The notes beneath the pieces were generated by a model that was not told where the DNA came from, ran no database searches, and saw nothing but the letters and a program-made list of their open reading frames with translations. A program made the translations under genes and the position numbers. A stretch of 64,000 bases of DNA from an uncultured Candidatus Saccharibacteria bacterium. Lineage in GTDB: Bacteria; Patescibacteriota; WWE3; UBA101185; 2-01-FULL-41-18. The stretch is taken from positions 73,669-137,668 of the forward strand of contig CAZWQF010000002.1 in NCBI GenBank assembly GCA_964636285.1, read 5' to 3'. Positions 58,565 through 64,000 of this stretch are shown piece by piece (the stretch's first letter is position 1; each line of letters opens with the position of its first letter).

Positions 58565-60850
58565 TTACTTTGAATGCTTTTTCTTAACCTCAGTAGACTT
58601 ATGCCCAACCAGTTTCTTTTCTGAGTCGTAGACAATCTTTCTTGTCTTTTCTATTACGTCAGGACTTACAGAAACTGAGGTAATCCCCCACTCTACAAGC
58701 TTTTCTACAAGCTCTGGGTACTCAGATGGTGCCTGACCGCACATTGAGCATGTTACTTTGTATTTTTTACAGGTTGTAACAATTCTCTCAAAGCTCCAAA
58801 GAAGTGCAGGATCAAGTTCGCTATAAACATTTGCAACAAGCTCGTTGTCTCTGTCTGCTCCAAGAGTAAGCATTGTAAGGTCATTTGATCCTACAGACAC
58901 GCCATCAATACCTTCCTCAATAAATTTATCAAGGAGAATAACGTTTGATGGAATTTCGCACATCATCCAAAACTTGAATGAGCCACCTCTTCTTAAACCA
59001 GCGGCTGAAACGAACTTCTTAACCTCTCTAAGTTGATCAAGAGTTCTGACAAACGGAATCATAAGGTGAAAGTTTTTGTAGCCATGTTTATTTCTCACAA
59101 TCTTAATCGCCTCAAGCTCCATGTCAAAAACTTCATGATCTGCAAGGTACCTTGATGCACCTCTAAACCCAAGCATTGGATTTGGCTCATCACCCTCAAA
59201 CTCAGCTCCGCCCTTTAAGTTCTTGTACTCATTTGTTCTAAAGTCAGTAGCTCTATAGACCACCGGTCTTGGGCTAAATGCCTTAGCAAACTCAAGAAGA
59301 CCTTCTGCAAGTTTATTAATAAACTCCTTTTGTCTCTTCTCTTTGATGAACTTTCTTGGGTGTTCGCCAATCTGAGCAATCATGAATTCTGCTCTCAAAA
59401 GACCAACACCATCAATGTTTCTTGCAGCAATATCTTTTGCAAGATCAGGCTCAGCAAGGTTAACGTAAATTTTTGTAGCGGTCTTCATTGCTGACGTGTC
59501 AATCTTTTTTTCGTGCTCTTTGTGCGTAGTGACTACATTTCCCTCATAAACTTTTCCATGAACACCATCAACTGTGACAACTTCACCCTCTTTAAGCATT
59601 CTTGTTGCATGCTGAGTTCCCACAACAGCAGGAATTCCAAGCTCTCTACTTACAATGGCTGCATGCGAAGTTCGGCCTCCTTCGTCTGTACAGATTGCAG
59701 AAGCCCTCCTCATTGCCGGAACAAAATCCGGATTTGTCATTTCAGCTACAAGAATATCTCCAACTTGAACTCTATCTATCTCTGTTGCATCCTTAAGAAT
59801 CTTTACTGGACCTGCAGCAACTCCAGGGGACGCCCCAAGGCCAGAAAGAAGGAATTTGTCCTCTTTAATATCAACTGTTTCAGAGCCTCCTCTAACCTTC
59901 ATCTTTAATGTAGTTACAGGTCTAGACTGAACAATATAAAGCTTTCCTTCTTCAAGTCCCCATTCAATGTCGCAAGGGAAGCCGTAGTGCTCTTCAATCT
60001 GATGCCCAATTTTTGCAAGAGCAATAACATTTGCGTCATCAAGCTTTTGTACTTCTTGGTATTCCTTTGAAATCGGAATTTTTCCTGATCTTGTAAATTG
60101 CCATGTTTGCTTTGAAAGCTCCTTTGAAACAATCTTAAAAGCATCTTTAGATACTAAAAACTGATCAGGAGTAACCTCTCCAGAAACTATTGGCTGTCCA
60201 AGTCCAAATGCCGCCTCAACGGAAATCTGAGACTTATCGTTTGTCATTGGGTTTACTGTAAACATGATTCCTGAAACTTCTGATTGAACCATGAGTTGAA
60301 CGGGAACTGCAATTCCAACCTTTAGGTGGTTGTAACCTTTATCTGTTCTGTAAAAAATGGCTCTAGACTCAAATAGTGAAGCCCAGCACATTTGAACATT
60401 CTTAACTACGTCTTCTGCTCCAATTACATTCAAGTATGTCTCTTGCTGCCCAGCAAAAGATGCATCTGGAAGATCTTCGGCTGTTGCAGATGACCTGACT
60501 GCCACAGGTTTATCATGCTCACCGCAAAGCTGGTGATAGTAATTTACTATCTGACCCTTAATAGATTCAGGCATTGCAGCGGTCATGATTGCTGTCTTTA
60601 CCCTTTCTGATGCCTCTATAAGTCTTTTGGAATCGTTGGTATCAAGACCCGATAATTCGTTTAAAATTTTGCTTCTGAGAGAGGTTTCTTCTAAAAACTG
60701 GTAGTAAGCGTCTGCGGTTACAACAAAGCCGTTTGGAACGGGAATGCCATGGGAGTACATTTCTCCAAGGTTTGCACCTTTACCACCTGCTACTGGGATG
60801 TCCGATTTTGAAATCTCTGAAAACCAGAGAGTTTGGGCAGTTTTATTCAT
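58565..60850 (-). CDS. ppsA: Phosphoenolpyruvate synthase
   Basis: GGKGANLGE, RSSATAED, TSHAAIVSRE, GSNDL, CGQAPS. Confidence 0.95.
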   Translation of the reverse strand: MNKTAQTLWFSEISKSDIPVAGGKGANLGEMYSHGIPVPNGFVVTADAYYQFLEETSLRSKILNELSGLDTNDSKRLIEASERVKTAIMTAAMPESIKGQIVNYYHQLCGEHDKPVAVRSSATAEDLPDASFAGQQETYLNVIGAEDVVKNVQMCWASLFESRAIFYRTDKGYNHLKVGIAVPVQLMVQSEVSGIMFTVNPMTNDKSQISVEAAFGLGQPIVSGEVTPDQFLVSKDAFKIVSKELSKQTWQFTRSGKIPISKEYQEVQKLDDANVIALAKIGHQIEEHYGFPCDIEWGLEEGKLYIVQSRPVTTLKMKVRGGSETVDIKEDKFLLSGLGASPGVAAGPVKILKDATEIDRVQVGDILVAEMTNPDFVPAMRRASAICTDEGGRTSHAAIVSRELGIPAVVGTQHATRMLKEGEVVTVDGVHGKVYEGNVVTTHKEHEKKIDTSAMKTATKIYVNLAEPDLAKDIAARNIDGVGLLRAEFMIAQIGEHPRKFIKEKRQKEFINKLAEGLLEFAKAFSPRPVVYRATDFRTNEYKNLKGGAEFEGDEPNPMLGFRGASRYLADHEVFDMELEAIKIVRNKHGYKNFHLMIPFVRTLDQLREVKKFVSAAGLRRGGSFKFWMMCEIPSNVILLDKFIEEGIDGVSVGSNDLTMLTLGADRDNELVANVYSELDPALLWSFERIVTTCKKYKVTCSMCGQAPSEYPELVEKLVEWGITSVSVSPDVIEKTRKIVYDSEKKLVGHKSTEVKKKHSK

Positions 60851-60873
60851 ATGTATTTATTGTAGTACCTTGA

Positions 60874-62256
60874 TTACGAAAAGTGAATAGGAACAAGCAT
60901 CTCAGGCTTAAGTTCAGGAAGTAATCTCATAGCAAATTCTGCAAGGTCTTGTAAACCTTCTTTACTCTGAGCTTCCATTCGCACGGAAAAAATTGGTGTG
61001 GTGTTTGATGATCTTATTACAACCCAGTCTGTCTGATTTAAATAAGCTCTAATCCCGTCTACCTCAACTCTTCTAACAACCTTAGGATCATCTAAAGCCA
61101 GCCTCTTAACGTCCTCAATCCTCTTAGGTTTTTCAGATTCTGGAATCGGAACTTTAATTTCATCAGTATGGTAGGTTTTTGGGTATTTTTGCATGAACTC
61201 TGACAAAGAAGTGTCAAGGCTTGACAAGACCTCAAGAACCTTCAGGGAAGCAAATATTCCGTCATCGTATCCTAAATAACCAGAGCCATAAAACATGTGA
61301 CCAGAATACTCCCCACCAATGAGAGCACCCTCCCTAAGCCCTTTCAAAAAATACGGATGCCCTGTTCGAATCATTCTGGGCTCCCCTCCAAGCTCCTTAA
61401 CCCTAATTCCTAGTGTTTCTGTTGACTTTACATCAAATAAAACTGCGCCTTTTTGAGTTTTTAGTAGATCTTCAGCAAGAAAAAGCAGCATCTTATCATT
61501 CGAATAAACATTACCTTTCTCGTCCACAACACCAAATCTATCCGAATCTGTGTCAAAGGCAAACCCAGCATCAAAACCGCCTTCTACGACTTTCTGAGAA
61601 AGAGTCTTCATAAATAAATTATTCTCAGGATCGGGCACTCCATGCGGATAGTCTCCATCTAGATTACAAAATAAAGTCTCAAAGTTAATTCCAAGCCTTG
61701 AATAAAGTGTTGAGGCAAACGCACTAGACGTACCATTTCCACAATCAATTAGCACTCTAAGCCTTTTTTTGAACGTAAAGAGAGAAGCAAGGTGCTCAAT
61801 ATAGAGTGGGTTTAAATCGTCGTAGTTAACAGATCCATTTTCATGAGGAAAAACTCCCTGTTCTGCAATTTCTTTAATTTGCAAAATCTGCTCGCCAAAA
61901 ATTGGTTCTGCTTTTCTCCCGCAAAACCTAAAACCGTTGTAGTTTGAGGGGTTATGGCTTGCCGTAACAATCACACCAGCATCAAATCTCTTATCGTGTG
62001 TCAAAAATTGAATGGTGGGGGTTAAACTTAAGCCAACATCGGTGACATGACAACCTACAGACATTAGGCCAAAAACAAACTTATCTTTGAGCTCAGGTGA
62101 AGTTTTTCTGTTATCATGACCAATCACTACCCTATCCCCAAATTTAGACTTCACATACATACCATACGCCTTGCCAAGAAGCTCAGCGTCGTAATAGTTT
62201 AGATGGTCTGGAACCACCCCTCTAATATCATAGTTTTTGTAAATGACTGGATTCAC
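60874..62256 (-). CDS. Phosphomannomutase/phosphoglucomutase
   Basis: YDIRG, TASHNP, FDTDSDR, GEYSGH, RSSNT. Confidence 0.92.
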   Translation of the reverse strand: MNPVIYKNYDIRGVVPDHLNYYDAELLGKAYGMYVKSKFGDRVVIGHDNRKTSPELKDKFVFGLMSVGCHVTDVGLSLTPTIQFLTHDKRFDAGVIVTASHNPSNYNGFRFCGRKAEPIFGEQILQIKEIAEQGVFPHENGSVNYDDLNPLYIEHLASLFTFKKRLRVLIDCGNGTSSAFASTLYSRLGINFETLFCNLDGDYPHGVPDPENNLFMKTLSQKVVEGGFDAGFAFDTDSDRFGVVDEKGNVYSNDKMLLFLAEDLLKTQKGAVLFDVKSTETLGIRVKELGGEPRMIRTGHPYFLKGLREGALIGGEYSGHMFYGSGYLGYDDGIFASLKVLEVLSSLDTSLSEFMQKYPKTYHTDEIKVPIPESEKPKRIEDVKRLALDDPKVVRRVEVDGIRAYLNQTDWVVIRSSNTTPIFSVRMEAQSKEGLQDLAEFAMRLLPELKPEMLVPIHFS

Positions 62257-62285
62257 CTCTAAATATTAAGTAATATCAATCCATT

Positions 62286-63347
62286 GTGTCAAAGAAGAGC
62301 TTCTTTTTAACTGTCCTTATAATACTTGTGCTTTCCTCTATATTTGGAATTTTGTACTTCCAAAACAGTAAATTGGCACCTCCAGAATTTGTTTCACCGC
62401 TTGGGAGCAATAAATCTGATTCTTCCAAGACATCAAACACCAAGGAAGATTCAATAGAGCACGCCTCAAGTTTAGAATCAACCAAAGTACCCAGAGATAA
62501 AAATGAGGTATTTAGCCTGTTACTGCTTGGAATCGATAGAAGATCAAAAGATGAAGTAGGTTTTAGAAGTGACATTATGGTGCTCATGACAATTAACCCA
62601 AACCAAAAAAAGGTGGTGATGACCTCTGTTCCAAGAGATCTATGGATCAACGGAAGCAGGATAAACGCTATTATGACTGGAGGCGGGTGGGAAGCTATGC
62701 AAAGTGCTTTTCAGAGCGTCACGGGACAAAAACCAATTGCGTTTATTCAATGCGACTTTGAAGACCTTGTATGGCTTGTTGACGCCATGGGAGGTGTTGA
62801 AATCGAGCTCGAAAACGGCTTCACCGATGAAGAGTACCCCGAAGACACCACAAAAACATATATGACGGTGAGTTTTGAAAAAGGAGTACAAAAAGTTGAT
62901 GGAAAATCAGCCTTAGTACTATCAAGATCAAGGCATGGTAATAACGGTGAAGGTAGTGATTTCAAACGAATGCAAAGGCAGCACAAAATCCTTAAAGCAA
63001 TGCCTGAGGCAATACTTTCCTCAAATAGCATTTTTAACCCAATGAACTTACCAAAGTTTTATCAGACAGTAACAGAGCACTTAGTAACAAACCTTTCCTT
63101 AAGTGATGTAAAACTCCTTTGGGATTTTTACAACATAAGAAAAGAATACAAAATTGAAAGTCTTTTTATTGACTCAAATTATTTAATTAACCCTCCGATG
63201 TCAGAATATGGTGGGGCATGGGTTCTCATAGCTCCGAATAACAATTACTCCAAAATCCATACTGATATAAAAGTTAGTGCTGGATTAGTTTCTCCAGAGA
63301 ATGCTCAAGAAAAGGTGCCAAGCAACCAAACAAGCGCCACAAATTAA
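62286..63347 (+). CDS. LytR-CpsA-Psr (LCP) family glycopolymer transferase
   Basis: LLLGID, RSD, SVPRD, R.R, DF.R..RQ. Confidence 0.9.
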   Translation: MSKKSFFLTVLIILVLSSIFGILYFQNSKLAPPEFVSPLGSNKSDSSKTSNTKEDSIEHASSLESTKVPRDKNEVFSLLLLGIDRRSKDEVGFRSDIMVLMTINPNQKKVVMTSVPRDLWINGSRINAIMTGGGWEAMQSAFQSVTGQKPIAFIQCDFEDLVWLVDAMGGVEIELENGFTDEEYPEDTTKTYMTVSFEKGVQKVDGKSALVLSRSRHGNNGEGSDFKRMQRQHKILKAMPEAILSSNSIFNPMNLPKFYQTVTEHLVTNLSLSDVKLLWDFYNIRKEYKIESLFIDSNYLINPPMSEYGGAWVLIAPNNNYSKIHTDIKVSAGLVSPENAQEKVPSNQTSATN

Positions 63348-63655
63348 AACGCGTTCTCAAAATGAGTGATGGATAAGGGATTGAGGCATATGGACACAAC
63401 ATCAAACCTAAGTTGTTTTGTTGCCAGGCCATTTGCCCTAATATAGGTGAGCCCAGTAAGCTTTAAACCTCTGATTTTGTTAGTGGAGATAGAAGCCATT
63501 GGAGATCCATAAGCTAATGATTTCCTTGTCTTTACTTCAATAAAGACGCAAACATCGCCTTGTTTCATTACAATATCAAGTTCACCAACCTTAGGAACTA
63601 AGTAGTTTGAACATAAAAACTTAAAACCCTTGTCCTCAAGGTATTTTCTGGCCAT
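63344..63655 (-). CDS. YraN-family (UPF0102) nuclease-like protein; true start probably upstream
   Basis: GELDIV, FIEVKTR, RFDV; the G..GE..A..YL motif begins upstream of ATG 63655. Confidence 0.85.
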   Translation of the reverse strand: MARKYLEDKGFKFLCSNYLVPKVGELDIVMKQGDVCVFIEVKTRKSLAYGSPMASISTNKIRGLKLTGLTYIRANGLATKQLRFDVVSICLNPLSITHFENAF

Positions 63656-63748
63656 TCTTTCACCAAGAATTCCAATTTTATTTGAAATATTTAATTTATT
63701 TGTAGCAATATCATTTGTTATAACAGAAAATATTATAAATTCAAGAAG

Positions 63749-64000
63749 TTATTCAATAGGTCTGTCTGGGGCAATTTTATAGACCGGTACCAAGCTTTTA
63801 AGGATATCCATCCATAGAGGAACAGCAGTTTCGGCAGCATAGATACTTGAAGTTGGCTTTTCAAGCTTAACCACCATGACAAACTTTTTGTCTGAAGGAA
63901 GTTTTGGCAAAAATCCTACAAAAGTTGTGTTGGTCTTATCAGCTAAGTATTTTCCCTCTACGGGAATTTGTGCTGTACCAGTCTTTCCTGCAATTGTGTA
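63749..64000 (-). CDS. C-terminal fragment of a class B PBP (FtsI/PBP2-like), cut by the window edge
   Basis: Manual translation YTIAGKTGTAQIP...TFVGF.P...AAETAVP.W...PIE*. Confidence 0.85.
   Translation of the reverse strand, partial: YTIAGKTGTAQIPVEGKYLADKTNTTFVGFLPKLPSDKKFVMVVKLEKPTSSIYAAETAVPLWMDILKSLVPVYKIAPDRPIE

Noticed and set aside
1654-63031. Many 60-170 aa antisense or out-of-frame ORFs in the ORF track (e.g. 18129-18530, 31626-32141, 42603-43040)
   Set aside because: They lie within well-supported genes and show no recognisable motifs; treated as shadow ORFs
1-64000. CRISPR array, IS/transposase, integrase, rRNA, intein or intron
   Set aside because: No repeat-spacer array, recombinase motifs or rRNA seen; nrdJ, ileS and uvr genes appear uninterrupted
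1-64000. Alternative genetic code (TGA=Gly, as in Gracilibacteria/Absconditabacteria)
   Set aside because: Core genes are full length under code 11 and TGA terminates several of them

Overview
AT-rich, gene-dense bacterial chromosome segment using the standard genetic code (TGA is used as a stop). Gene content suggests Patescibacteria/CPR, Microgenomates- or WWE3-like (inference). From left to right: (1) the probable right end of an element integrated in tRNA-Gly (XRE HTH, PLD nuclease, 14-nt tRNA 3' remnant); (2) small accessory enzymes and tRNA-Thr; (3) a surface-glycosylation region (TMTC-like GT-C/TPR, Ig-like protein, O-antigen-ligase-like protein, GT4/GT2, flippase, glycoside hydrolases); (4) tRNA-Val, lepB, rpmA/rplU; (5) a minus-strand run with class II RNR, PduO-type adenosyltransferase, ileS, rodA and tlyA; (6) a reduced dcw cluster with an atypical MurA; (7) uvrABC, a HelD-like ATPase and lexA with a candidate direct-repeat SOS box; (8) a sortase-aPBP-LPNTS-protein-HrcA-like run; (9) central carbon genes (gpm, eno, ppsA, PMM/PGM), LCP, YraN and the 3' end of a class B PBP. 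Many transcription units appear leaderless. All calls come from motif recognition by eye; no database searches were run.
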